DNA of 64,000 nucleotides from Girardia tigrina (taxonomy: Eukaryota), in assembly GCA_001938485.1 (NCBI GenBank), contig MQRK01239066.1, forward strand, positions 14,639 to 78,638, read 5' to 3'. The translations under genes were made by a program, and so were the position numbers. This document shows positions 1-13,400 of the stretch, in pieces (positions within the stretch are counted from its first letter, which is position 1; each line of letters begins with the position of its first letter). Under the pieces are notes generated by a model. That model searched no databases. It worked only from the letters and a program-made list of their open reading frames with translations, and was not told where the DNA came from.

Positions 1-1527
1 TAAAGGCGGCGGCGTTCTTTTTTCGTCTTATTCCATTCTGGGTCGAACAGCGAATGTGTTACAAAGCCGTTCAATGCACTTAAGTCCAGAATATTACAGA
101 AAACTATAACATGCCATCGATGACATCTGAATTTCACGCTGTATGTGCTTACACGTTCATCGGCAGCATCAACTCCGCCTTTTGTGGCGTTGTAATACTG
201 AATAACATCTGGCTTCTTCTTCTCCGTGTTTGCATCAATAATTGCTTTTCNNNNNNNNNNNNNNNNNNNNNNNNNNNNNNNNNNNNNNNNNNNNNNNNNN
301 NNNNNNNNNNNNNNNNNNNNNNNNNNNNNNNNNNNNNNNNNNNNNNNNNNNNNNNNNNNNNNNNNNNNNNNNNNNNNNNNNNNNNNNNNNNNNNNNNNNN
401 NNNNNNNNNNNNNNNNNNNNNNNNNNNNNNNNNNNNNNNNNNNNNNNNNNNAAGTTGTCGGGCAAGGTTGAGTGAGGTGAAAAAGTTGTCACAGGTGACA
501 TTTCTACCACTACGACTGAGTTTCTCTGTCAAGGACAAAACCACATGTTCTCCCAAGGAAACAATAGCATTGCGCTCCTCTTCCCTCCCACAATAAAATT
601 GTAAGTTCCAGCAATAGTAATTATCTGAGTCACATGCAAGCCAAAATTTCAAACCATATTTTGCCGGCTTAGAAGCCATATACTGACGATACCGACAACG
701 ACCTCGACATGGATACAGTTGCTCGTCCACAGTTATTGATGGACCAGGGACATATGAGTCTTGACTGTGTTGCAAGAACCCATCAATTAGTAAACGAACT
801 GCTGTTAGTTTGTCTCTAGCCAAGCGACCTTGCCGAGTCTCCACATTGTCAAAACGTAGAATACTACGAATCAATTTGAACCGTGACAAGGACATTGTCT
901 TGCTAAAAATCACACGCCCATGTAAAGGCGACCATAGTTCATCTGTACACTCACCAGCAGCGCGATATACGCCACGTAATATAAGCAGTCCAATAAAGGC
1001 TATCATTTCAGCAAAGTCAATAACTTTATAGTCTGCACCCTTCTTTCTTTGTCCCTGTCGATTTGTCTCTATGAGGATGGTTTCAATCATATCTGCGTGT
1101 ACAGGACATAACATATAAATTATATGATTGATACTTGTAAACAAGAAAACTTACCTGGACTGAAAAAGAGTAAGAAATAATCAAGTATTGGATTGTCCCT
1201 GATCCTCTGACGAGCATAAGTAGTCAGACCAGGTGCTGGATTCAAAACATTTGCATGAATAGCTCTACCAGGTACCGCATAATTCTCATCAATAATTTTC
1301 CATTGCGTACCATTCCTTGCAATTAGATATTCATCATGTTGGGCTTCGTTTCCATCCATGGAACTCATACTGTCATCGCTATCACTACTAGAGGTGTCTG
1401 TAGCAGAATGGAGCAAAGGAGCAACATCTTCGTGACTGTCATCAATCACTGAATCTTCACTTTCACTTTCGTTTTCGCTTTCTTTAGCAATTACCCTGAG
1501 TGCGATAGTCTTAGCAAGGCGCGCCAT
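1..1527 (-). CDS. piggyBac (PGBD-type DDD) transposase, two exons: 1527-1155 and 1092-<1, with a 62-nt intron at 1093-1154
   Basis: Acidic/Ser-rich N-terminus. GTAAGT...ACGCAG splicing joins LLFFSP to DMIETILIETN in frame. Catalytic motifs are TVDEQL, KPAKYGLKFW and TCDNFFTS. After the N gap the frame reads YYNATKGGVDAAD and stays open to base 1. Confidence 0.9.
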
Positions 1528-2476
1528 TGTTACAAACTTGAAAAATAATGATATANNNNNNNNNNNNNNNNNNNNNNNNNNNNNNNNNNNNNNNNNNNNN
1601 NNNNNNNNNNNNNNNNNNNNNNNNNNNNNNNNNNNNNNNNNNNNNNNNNNNNNNNTGTGTGTGTGTGATAGAGTGTGATAGAAATGCTCTCTGTGAATGC
1701 GTGACTCATCGAGTGACTGTGTACAAGATCAACCCACAGTAGCAAGTGTGTGAGCATTTTTACTGGGATGAGGAACGTGAGTGTGTATGTACATCAGAGC
1801 GCAGCCAACTTGTTAGTGACAGTTAAATTACCTACATCTTTTGGACAAAGTCCTTTCTGTTGGTTCTACTTATGCGTACATCGTCAAATGATGACTCATC
1901 CAAGGAAGCCACTCATTAAATGCATTCTGTAGCTTTGTACCTACCAAAGCTTATAGAAAAACCATAAAGGTTGACACACGACCTTTGAACCTTTTATTTA
2001 TTCACATATACGCTGTGTTTCCTTTTAATTAGCGTTGTACTACTATTCATTATTGTAGTTTATAAAATATTACACATTGTGCATCGATGNNNNNNNNNNG
2101 TCCATCTACAGTTATAGCCAACCACATAGGCCTTCCTTTTCATTTCGATGTCACAGTTGCTCCCCACTGCTGTACAGAGTGTTAGTAACCAATGAAAACT
2201 CACTTTATATATGTCATTGCGTGTTAGCATGTAGTCATTCTTCTCGATTTATGCATGTGAAGTGTTGCGGACACTTTTGTCCTTTAATCACTGAAGTATA
2301 ATTTTGGTCACAAAATTTTTTGTAACTCTGGAATGTTATTATATTTTTTGGTAGGCAATCTAACAGGTATGAGAAAAAAAGTCAATCAGTTTGAAGAGTC
2401 CAGCTAATGTAGATTGGTTTCACCAACGTGATCAAATTACACAACGGACACTTTTGTCCTTTAAATCACTTACGGG
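1..2476 (-). mobile_element. piggyBac DNA transposon, 5' part (runs off the window start)
   Basis: The terminus reads TTAA|CCCGTAAG on the minus strand (TTAA at 2477-2480). A subterminal direct repeat CGGACACTTTTGTCCTTTAA(A)TCACT lies at 2268-2292 and 2445-2470. The element encodes a piggyBac transposase. Confidence 0.9.
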
Positions 2477-3988
2477 TTAAAAACGTTTTTGATTTTTTAA
2501 TAGTTGTTTTATTATATCCTTTTTAATTTTAAAATATTGATTAAGCATATTAACATAAAAATATTTTACCCTTTAAATTAAAAAATAATAAATTATTCAG
2601 GCGAGATAAAAATTTAAATTAAGCCCTCATAATTTTAATTGTAAAATTCTTGTATTTATAATAATGATATATTTTTTAATGTTTTTGAAATATTTTTTTT
2701 TAATTTCATTCAAAAATTTAATTAAATCCTCACAATTATTTATTTAATAAAATTTTAAATTGATATATAATACCGAGAAATTATTTTATGTTCGACGAAC
2801 CATCGATACCAGAAACCCTTCACAAATATGAATAATAAAACCTTTTACAATTACCAAATTTTCTACAAATAAAAAATTCAATTTTGATCAAACAACAAAC
2901 CAACAGAGAACCCTTATACAATATTATTTATTTATTTTCAACAATTTCATCAAACATTATTTATATTTTGTAGTTTACTTAAGCTCTTAAATATTTTTTT
3001 ATATGTAATTGGTTTTTTAAATACATTTTTTTATTTCCAAACTAATTGTACAACTCGTTTAGAAGAAAGTCTAAAATTAAGAATATTTGATAAATACTAA
3101 ACCAGATTATATATTTTATACAAATTTTATTATATTTTTCGATAATCAGTGAATAAATCTTTGTGAATTCATTATTTTTCCTCGCCATTAAATATCAATT
3201 TACATATTCGAGTTAAGAGTATGAAAAAATTCAACTTAAATAATGATTGCAGATGGCCTTAAAAATTGTATGGCTACTTAATGATGTTTTTATATTAAAT
3301 TCTTTTTCAATATATATAATTAATATTTTATTATTTTTTAAATGATTTCCTTGAATACTAATTTAATATTTGAATATTTCATGTACCAAGTTTTAAAATT
3401 CTCATATTTTAAGCCAGTAATAACAGGAATAGAATATGTATCTACTGTTTTGTTAAACAATGAGAAATTACAGAGCTAATAAAAAAGAACGACCGAAAAC
3501 TTAGTGCGGAATTTCAGAAATTGATGAAGGTTAAAATTTCCTGATCGGAAGTTTTCAACTAAACACTTCTGCAAGAAAATGTATTACAAAAAAAATTCTG
3601 TAAAAGACTCGAATCATAGTTAAAATATATGACCCAAGTAGTATACAGAGAAAGGCATTTTACAAACCTAAAGATTTAAAAATCATTAATTTTTTATGGT
3701 TAATAACAAATGGATAATTACAAATTTTAACAAAATGACAGAAACATTTGTACATGAAAGCAACGTTTAATGTACAACAAATGAGCTACAGCTGTTAATA
3801 AAATTGCATGAAGATGAAGCAAAACTAAAATGAAACAGTTGTCTTAAAAAAACGAAGAAGAGAACAACAATAACATGTACCCGAATAAGGAAATAGAGAA
3901 TAACATTGGGTTAATTTTGAACAGAGTCGACACTCAAATTACCTAGAAAAAATATGAATGAAACATAAAAAATGTAAAATAATATATA

Positions 3989-4552
3989 CAGTCAGGTGCA
4001 AAAGCTTGTTGTTAAATTGTCTTTTTCACCCAACTGCAATTATATTAACAAAAAAGCACACCAAAATACAAAGATTTTATTAGAATATTTTAATAATTCA
4101 CAAATTTGTCAAAATTTGTCATATATATCAGTATTTTGTGTATTGATATTTAATATTAATATTAATATTTCAACCAGTCTCTTTGACTGGTTGACCTTGG
4201 ACGACCAGATCGAGATCTTGAACCTAAGGAACCAGTCTCTCCTTTTCTCTGAAAAGTCTGACACACAACTCCAAGAGAAACATTAAGAGTTGTAGCTATT
4301 TTTCGATAAGAAACGCCGTGCTTCTGCAATGTCAAAACAGCTGCACGCTGTTCTGTTGTTAGCTCCTTGCCGCGGATAGGCATGATTCTAAAATAAATAA
4401 TAACAATTTATAACTTGAAAAGTAATAAAAATAAAATATGCATTTAATCATTTAAATGGTTTATGTATACTTAACAAGGAATACACAAACATGCAGTGCA
4501 ACAACAAAAAGTAGTATAGAAACAAGCGTTCACAAACTTTTGCACCTGATTG
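3989..4552 (-). mobile_element. Internally deleted Tc1-like element (564 bp) retaining the N-terminal HTH ORF 4162-4383
   Basis: TA|CAGTCAGGTGCAAAAGCTTGT ... ACAAACTTTTGCACCTGATTG|TA inverted termini. The ORF has a Tc1 HTH and a SGRPR motif but no DDE domain. Confidence 0.85.
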
Positions 4553-4602
4553 TACATACGTATAATTTTGGTAAAGCGTTTGTAAAAAAATGATTATTGT
4601 AC

Positions 4603-4643
4603 AATGTACATGTTTCGGAATTTCATATTACATCAGCAGCAAT
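4603..4643 (-). ncRNA. Degenerate minimal hammerhead ribozyme motif (orphan PLE pLTR remnant)
   Basis: Minus strand reads ATTG CTGCTGA TGTAATATGAAATTCC GAAA CATGTA CATT. It resembles the 59017-59058 motif, but the core has an A>C change and stem II is weak. Confidence 0.5.
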
Positions 4644-5189
4644 TATAATTTTATATTTGTTAGTATTAAACTTAGTTTTAAGAGAATGATTTTTTTGATT
4701 TATTTTAACTATTTAAAAACTAGAAAAGGACTCGTCATGCAGGACAGGAAAGCTACATTTTATTATTTCAAAGTTTATTAATTATTCATAAACTTTTAAA
4801 ATTTGAAAATATTTTTTAATCTTAATATTCTAGAAGAAATGATATTTATCATTAGTAATTTTTTGTCCGTCACGACAGACAGTGAAAAAGAACAACAGAA
4901 AAATTTAATTTCACCCTCAATGAACATATTTAAATTTAATTTTAAAATTTAGCATTTTGCAGTTTCATTTATTCTTGTTTTCGATTTTTTAGTTATTGAA
5001 ACTCTTTCAAATTTTCTTTCTGACATTCCCTATATTGAAGTTGTTTTTTCTCTATAAAGTCTTTTCCAACGTTAATCGAGTAACTCTTGATTTATTTTCT
5101 TTGCTGTCATTTTAAATTTTCAATTTTTCCAAAATCTAAACAAATTAGTTTTGTGGAAAAATATTGATTGAGTGTTAATTATAAAAAGA

Positions 5190-5322
5190 TTAACCTGAAC
5201 CTTAACCTAAGCCCTAACCGTAACTCAAAGTCTTAACCTAACTCTCACCCATTTACCCGCACACCTTACCTTAACCCTAACCCAACCCTAATCCCTAATC
5301 CTAACCCCCAAACCTAACACTA
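5190..5322. repeat. Degenerate telomere-like (CCCTAA/TAACCC)n tract
   Basis: About 130 bp of imperfect AACCCT/AACCTT/AATCCT units. Confidence 0.7.
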
Positions 5323-5929
5323 AATGTTCTCTTTTAAATGATGTTTCAATAATAAAATTATCACTTAAGACTTTAATCTAAAATATTTTTAACCTCCAAT
5401 TAGAAAGGTTGATCAAAAGAAAAACAATTTTTAATTTATAAAGACACTGTTTGATTTAAAAAAGGCGATGATAATTCCAGTCATTTCTGTGGAAACGATC
5501 CCCATCACATCCTCAAATTCTTCCAATATCAATTGAAATCAAATAAATTCAAAAAATCATCAACCCGAACAAAATCAAAAACGCAATGGGAAATTTTTCT
5601 ACTCGATATTAATTCGATTTTCAAAAAAATTCAATTACTTTAAATTTTAAATACATTTTGAAATTTAATTTTGAATTTTAATTGACAAATTTGATTTGAA
5701 ATTAAAGTTGACAATTTTTTCGATTTGTTTAAAGCGTAACATCAATTGTATGCGCAAATGGCAATGGGATGGAGATGAGTGATACATGTTAAATTAAGGT
5801 AAAATTTCAAAATATAACACTATATCCAGTCTTTTATATTGCGAAAACAGTTTTTCCATCTATAATCTTCGGAATTGAATTAATTCGATTTTTAGGTCTC
5901 GATTTAAGGTAGTGATTTGATGCCAAAAA

Positions 5930-8585
5930 TATAAAACAAGAATCATTTACACCTGATATAGTGTGTGCAGAAATATGTGCTTTAGATTCATATATCGATA
6001 AACTTATTTAAGGACAAGGACAGATTTTTGAAAGCCAAAGAAACATTAAATCTACGTGATGGTACAAATTTATATAGATGTATAGATAAGTACAAGAACA
6101 TTTTTATGGCTGGAAAATGGGATATCGGGAAAACTATATTAACCAGACATGAAATAAAAACATCTAGTGTGCCAATTTTACAGAAGCCTCGTAGACAGCC
6201 GGCACATTTTGAATATCACATCAAAAAGCAATATTGAATTTAGAAAGACATGGAATAATAGAAAAATGTTGTTCCCTTTGGAACACACCAATGGTTTGTG
6301 TGTAGAAAAAGGAGAAAAGGGAAATCCGTTTGTGTTTAGATTTTCGGCTCCTAAATCAAGTAACTGAGAGATCAGCTTTTCGTATTCCAAATTTTGATGA
6401 GATGTTGGATTCTTTAATTGGAATGAAGTGGTTTAGTCCAATAGATCTGGGTAATGCATATTACCAGGTCGAGTTGGAAAAATCTTCAAAGATGAAAATG
6501 GCTTTTTCTACAAGAACCGGACAATTTTGTTTTGCAAGAATGCCATTTGGTATAGCAGCGGCACCGGCTACTTTCCAAAAATTAATGAATGAAATATTGA
6601 AGAATATGCTATGGAAAGAGGCAGTGGTATATCTTGATGACGTGTTGATTTTTTCAGAAATAGAAGACGAGCATTTAAAAAGATTGGACCGGTTATTTTC
6701 GAGAATTCAATCAGCAGGCCTAAGAATTCAGAAGGAGATGCGTTTTCTTGGACATATTGTGAATAGAGAAAGAATCAAAAGGGATCCGGAGAAAATCCAG
6801 ACAATAGTAGATTTTGAACAACCAAAATGTGTAAAAAAATTACCCAGTTTTCTAGGACTGTGTAATTATTATAGGAAGTTCATTGTAGATTATTCAAAAC
6901 TAGCAAAACCGTTGGAAGCAATGTGTGGAAGTTCTAAAGATAGACTTTATTGGAACGTATCTCATTCAGAGGTTTTTAAAAAGTTAAAAACAGCCATAAC
7001 AATTGCCCCTGTATTATGCTATCCAAATTTTAAAAAATAGTTTATTTTAGATACAGAAGCATGTTTCGATACAATTGGCGCGGTTCTTTCTCAGTTAGAT
7101 GACAAAGGTGAAAAGTGAGTCATCGCGTATGGATCAAGGTCGATGTCGAAACATGAAATAGGTTGTTGTATAACAAGGAAAGAATTGTTAGCAATATTTC
7201 ATTTTACCCAACATTTTAAACATTATCTTTACGGTGTACATTTTAAACTGAGAACGGATCACAAGGCAATTGTTTTTATGATAACAACAAAAAAACCAAT
7301 TACTCCGCCATTTCACAACAGGATGAATTATTTAAGCAGTTTAGATATGAAATTAGAATATAGAAAAGGAGAAATACATCAAAATGCAGATGTGTTGTCT
7401 CGGAATGAATGTACATTATGTTCACAGTGTATGATTCAACACGAGCAGCCAAAATTAGTAAAACAGAAAGTGAGAATGTTAGCAATAGAGGAAGAGAGAT
7501 ATCCCATACCATGGCAACAGAAGAGCACAGAAAAATGGAAATTATTGGACAAATAAAGAACAATACTAGTCAAACATTCAAATTATCCAAAGGATGTGTC
7601 AGAACCCTAAATGACAAGATTTGGATTCTAAAAAGGGAACGACATGCTTGTATAATCATTTTCCATAGATACTTATCTCATGGTAGATTTATGAAAACGT
7701 ATTCATTTATGCGAAATGAATATGATATGGAAGATTTCATGGAACAAGTTAAAATAGAAACAAAAAGCTGCATTACCTGTCAGACAGCGAAAACTTACAC
7801 AGGAATAACTAAAGAAGAAACAAAGACTCTTACATCGAAAAGACCGTTTGATGACATTTATATTGATTTTTGCGGACCGATGCCGATAATAAAAGGAAAG
7901 AAATTTATCTTAGGAATCATAGATATATTTAGTTTAATGGCTCTCAGTAATCAAGATGAGACTACAACGATACAGACAATTTTACAACAATGGATATTTA
8001 GGTTCGGAGCTTCGGCTTGCATTTATGTGGACCGAGGAAAGGTTTTCGAGTCGCGTTCGTTTCTTGAATTTACAAAATCCATTTTAATTGACGTATAATA
8101 AGTCAAGTCCTTACCATCACATTACAAATGGGATGATAGAGCGCCAATTCCGCACCATCCGAGATTTCTTGAATGCATCTTTAAAGAATGAAGGAAGAAA
8201 TAATTTGATAGATATTTTACCAGAGATTGAATTTAGTATAAACGCTCCAAGACAAAGTTCAACTGGGTTTAGTCCGGCCGAAGTTATTATCGATAAGCGT
8301 ATAACATTAGATGGATCACGTCACTATGAATTGAATAACAGGAAAATTATTGAAGTTAAAATACTTGAGTCAAACGCATCACCAGTGGAAGCACAGAAAC
8401 GTGAATTTAAGGAAGGAGATTTAGTGTTAGTTAAAGTTGAAAATCGTCAGAAAGGATCTGATAGATATGAAGGACCACTATAAATTAGTCGCAGAATACA
8501 TGACAGAAGCTTCGAACTAAAAAAATAAAACCGGACGAGTAATCTATAGAAATATAGAATGGCTAAAGCCTTTTAAAGCAGGGGG
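5930..8585 (+). pseudogene. Decayed Ty3/Gypsy pol (RT, RNase H, integrase)
   Basis: Motifs LCLDFRLLN, DLGNAYYQV, MPFG, YLDD, FLGLCNYYRKFI, RKELLAI, RTDHKA, IDFCGP, NGMIER and RYEGP occur in Gypsy domain order across frameshifted ORFs 6028-8483. Confidence 0.95.
8575..8585 (+). other. Polypurine tract of the Gypsy element
   Basis: AAAGCAGGGGG lies at the end of integrase and is immediately followed by TG (LTR start). Confidence 0.8.
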
Positions 8586-9608
8586 TGTGAGAATGATTAA
8601 TTACTATATATTTATAAATTAAAATACATATAATTATTTATATCAATATCATATTATATCAAAGGATCCTGAATATATAAAAACTCCTGAGATTGTTTAA
8701 ATCAATCAGTATAATTAATTTTAGACGCACATTATTTGATTGTGTCATAAAAAGAAACTTTCTTCTATTTTTTTGGATTTTTAATATGGAAAATTCTTAT
8801 AAAAATAATGATGTTTGGCGCGAAGAAAATTTGAAAATAAATTTTGTTAATCGAAAATATTTAATTTAATTAATATTATTCGTTAAATTTGAAATCGACA
8901 ATTGTTCATCAACAATTATTTTCAAATTTTAAAAGTGAGAAATCGGCTCTGGCGAAAATGACACTTGAACTTCGTGAAAAATATTTCAATTATATATTTT
9001 CAATTACAGAAACCCATCAAAAGATGTTCCACATGATTTTAAGGCCATAATGACTCAGGATAAATTCACCGAGGATCTAAAAATCGATGTAACTGTAGAG
9101 ACTAAACTCGATATCATAAGTGACGTGCCCGATAAACAGACTCGTACCAGAAATGTTAGAATATTTATGCCAGTTAAAAACGCGATGCGATCCGGGACTT
9201 TTGGGGTGATTGGAATTTTTGAATCTAGGCAAGAATTGGGCGTTGTGAGTTTGCGAGTGATTGTGAGACTGATGCAACATAGTCCAATGAAGTATGAAGC
9301 AGTATTTGATGTTCTATTGAATCTGCTCACCGATGAATTTCTGTTTGAAATAATGTCGATCGATATCGGGCGGATTCTTGACCGGTTGGGTGAGATTGTG
9401 AATTTAAGCCCCCGTGTCCCGCAGTCCACCCCCATCACCGGGACGCCGCAGCCACCACGCTGCACCCACTCTCGCACCACCAGACATTTTTTTGAAATAT
9501 TTTGAAAATTACTTTGAGAGATTTTAAAAATTAAAATTCAAAATTTTATGTGAGCTCCCCAAAATCCTAACCATATATTTTATCAAAATTTAATTTTAAA
9601 TTATTACA
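8586..9608 (+). mobile_element. Probable 3' LTR of the Gypsy element (right boundary uncertain)
   Basis: Starts with TGT after the PPT. A TATATAAAA box lies near 8674 and an ATCAGT initiator-like site near 8705. A possible ...TTACA end is at 9608. There is no 5' LTR in the window to confirm it. Confidence 0.5.
9050..9505 (+). CDS. Intact 151-aa ORF of unknown function inside or next to the Gypsy 3' LTR
   Basis: ATG-initiated and stop-free, with GC content above the flanks. No motif recognised; Pro/Thr-rich C-terminus. Confidence 0.5.
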   Translation: MTQDKFTEDLKIDVTVETKLDIISDVPDKQTRTRNVRIFMPVKNAMRSGTFGVIGIFESRQELGVVSLRVIVRLMQHSPMKYEAVFDVLLNLLTDEFLFEIMSIDIGRILDRLGEIVNLSPRVPQSTPITGTPQPPRCTHSRTTRHFFEIF

Positions 9609-10435
9609 TTTTTATAAAAGCGTTATTCATTTTCTGGAATATTTTGGTGAAGAGTCAATATCTATTTGTTACTAAGTAAATATAGATCCACGACACACTA
9701 AAACAATTAAATATTCGCTTCTTATATAATAAATTAAAATTTTTATTTTTGTCGGAAAATTTTTTCAACAAATAAAAGTTTGAAACTGATGGCAAATTTT
9801 TGTTTAACAACCCATAAATTAATTAGTATTAGTCTTTCTGTAAGTTCTTCTACTTAGAAAAGTTGATCAAAAGAAAAACAATAATTTAGAAGTTAAAACT
9901 AATTTTCGAAAGCATAGCAAATTTTTTTCAATCAAAAATATTAAAAAAAACTTTTATTGTAAAATTTAAAGAAATAAAAATTGTAGAAAATAACAATAAA
10001 AATAAAAATATTTAAAAAATTTCTAAATATTTAAAAAAAATTAAGTTTAAAATAAATGATTTTAATTATTTTGAAAATAATTTAATAAATAAATAGATTA
10101 AAATATTTTATGCTTCTTTTTACAATTAGATTCATTTAAATAATGCTAAAATCATTATTCTCTCAATAGAATTTTATAATTTTGTTTTTTATTGTGATTT
10201 GTTTTATTTTTGATAAAAATATAATTAAATTTGCCTTAATATTAAAAGATATATTTATACTGTTTAGCAATATTTATTAGAAGAGAATTAAAATTAAAAA
10301 ATAATTATAAATACATAATTATTTATTACATATCATATTATTCGTAATAATGGAGATTGCTGAAGATCATTTGAAATTAAAAGAGATAAACAACTTTGCC
10401 TGGAAAAAAGTGACAGATATATATATATATATATA

Positions 10436-13400
10436 CAGTGCTTTTTTTGTAAAAAAATAGGTGCCGGTACTACCGTCTTGTCACGTATAAATGGCGCACG
10501 CCATTTATTTAAATTCTTTAATTGTAACAATTTTTGAAAATTTTTGTAAAAAATTCGAATAATAGGCGCACTCAAATAAATGACGCATGTAATAAAAATT
10601 TAAAGGCCATAAATATAACAAAAATTAAATAAACAAATAGAGCAAGAAATTTATTCAATATTCATTACAATAAACAAATATCCCCCTATAAGAGAGCAAA
10701 TGAATCTTACGCTCTTTAAAATGGATTTTATAAGTACTGGATTCATTGATTTTAAGATCATAATCAAGAATAGTTAATGTAATATCAGTTTCCAATATAT
10801 CTACCAAAACAACAAATTCGACTTTGCTCTGGGAATTTTTTTCGCTCCTTATTAGCATTTTTTCTTCATCATCAAAAAGGCCACTTAAATCTTCATTCTC
10901 ATAAATTTTATTTTCAATTGATATAAATATATTCTTAATCCATAAATCGTAATTTTCAGTTCATTTAAGTGCTTCATAAATAGTTTTATATAGAGAATTT
11001 ACGGTACTACTCGTCGTCCAATTTATTGTGTTTGTATCAAAGAAATTTTCCACAACCAAGTCCTCGAGAATATCTTTTTCTCCTTTGATAATTGAATTTT
11101 GAAAGCAAACTCGTAATGATCGATGTAAAAGACCAAGATTATCCATGTTAAAGTCTTTAAAAATTCCACAACAATAAAAGCCTTTTTTAATTGATTCTTG
11201 GGATTTTAAGGATGCCCATTCTGAAAAAACCATATAATTTGGTCTTTTTATGTTTCCGGCATTTGTTTGCAATGACCGATCATTTAATGCCATTGTTACA
11301 TAATCGTCATATTTTTCATCATAAAAGCACTGAAACGATCGTCCTAAACATACGTCAATGGGCTGAATTATCCCTGTCACGTTCGGCGGGATAATTCTAA
11401 AAATGACATTGTATTTCTTATCATAGATCTCTTCAATTTCTTTTAAAACTGCTAAATGACAGCCATAACTGTTACAAATTACGAGAACAGGTTCCTTTTC
11501 TAGCCATGTCTGCGGGCGTTTCAGGATGACTCTTCGGAGATAATTTTTAAGTATCTCCTGATACCACATTCCTGTCGAATTAGTCTCAACATCGAATCCA
11601 GGTTTTACAGTCAGGGGATTCTTTAATTTAGAAAAAAAGTAAATGTTGATTGATAATTCTTCCGTTTGCTGAAATTGTTGGTGTAAAGGTGTATTTATGA
11701 TGACTACTCGTTGCTTTTCGAAGAAATATTTCTTTAGTTCCTTTGTTTATTATTGTTTTTGCGGGCTCTTTTTCGAATTGTCTTGGAATGTGATCAAAGT
11801 TTATTATGTTTTCTTCTTTAATTCCTTTTTCCTTTATAAAATTCACACATTCATATACAAAATTAATCGCTATCATTTTGTAATTTTCTGGCAATTTTCT
11901 GGCTGTAGTCTTCACTCTTTGAACCAAATTATATCGTTGTTTAACGTTTGAACACCAACCGTTTGATGCATCAAACGCCTCCAATTTGTCTATTTCCGAA
12001 CTAATTTGTTGTTGATTCGGTAAATTGTCACCGAATTGATTTTGTAAATGTTGAATAATTTCATTTCTGAAAAATTGTGCTTGAATTCTAATATATTTTG
12101 TAGTAACTGTTAAACCTAATTCATTACGACTGGTGATCCATCTGAAGAGTTTTGTTTCTAATTCGGGGAATTCTGCTTTTTTCCTCCACCAATCAAGTGC
12201 CGCCTCTCTCTGATTTTTATAGACGGATTCACAACTGCTTTTTTTAATTCCTCTTCACTAGAAATCCATCTTCGTATCGTAGATTCGGGAATAGAATGTT
12301 GTCGTGCAACAGCTGTAATACTATCTGTGGATTGTTTGATCTTGTTGATAATTCTAAGTTTTTCTGCTATCGTGCAAACTTTTGTATTTTTTATGTAAAT
12401 TCATTTTATAGTATTAGGATTTATGGATTTATGGTATATTGATCCATTATATACCATTTGCCAGTCAATAACTACTTTTTGCCTAACTACTATTTTTTGC
12501 AATAACTACATTTTTTCAATTTTTTTTGTGAAAATTTGAATAAATTGCGCGCGTCGTTTATTCAAATAAATGGCTTGTGTGCAAATTGCTCAAATAAATG
12601 GCGTGCGCCATTTATACGTGACAAGACGGTAGGGTGAGCACATTTCTGTTCTGCCATTCAGGGATGCTATTTTTGAAGTGGACGAACGAGAGTGCCGAAG
12701 GCACCTGAGCGCGAGCGTCGAAGACGCTAAGCTGCTCGCGATTAGGGGTTCTGGGGCGGAGCCCCAGCAGCCAACGGATTTTCAGACATTTGGCTTGAAA
12801 AGGAGCTCGTTTTTGGGCCATAAAAAAACTAATTTTGTCAATTGTATTTTTCAAAAAGAAAAAAGTAAACGGGTTTCTTCTGTGACACCTTCTGTCGTTA
12901 TTTCTTCACTCAGTCTGATTTTTTTATTTGCCGGAAAATTGCTAGAATGCGAAGCCGAAAAGAAATCAATAATCTTCTTCATTTTTAAAGTGAGATAAAT
13001 TAATTAAATATAATTTTATAAATCAATCAATTATAAATTTTTAAATTTGCTCTTTTAATGTTTTAAATTTAAATTTGTTTTATTTTAAAATTTCTATTCA
13101 TTGCGTTTAAAANNNNNNNNNNNNNNNNNNNNNNNNNNNNNNNNNNNNNNNNNNNNNNNNNNNNNNNNNNNNNNNNNNNNNNNNNNNNNNNNNNNNNNNN
13201 NNNNNNNNNNNNNNNNNNNNNNNNNNNNNNNNNNNNNNNNNNNNNNNNNNNNNNNNNNNNNNNNNNNNNNNNNNNNNNNNNNNNNNNNNNNNNNNNNNNC
13301 GATGCGAATATTATATTATACTACGGTAGACCATTTTTTACATTAATTTTTTAATGTGTTTAAGTGTTATAGATGCAATTTTAAAATTTCAAATTCCGAT

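Noticed and set aside
149-250. Apparent frameshift/stop at the end of the piggyBac ORF
   Set aside because: Caused by the arbitrary N-gap length; another frame continues with the conserved motifs.
9055-9480. Antisense 141-aa ORF opposite the LTR ORF
   Set aside because: No ATG start. It is most likely a shadow frame of the GC-richer sense ORF.
12612-12998. ORFs of 80 and 106 aa
   Set aside because: They lie in the GC-rich non-coding interior of a non-autonomous element and cross a TIR junction.
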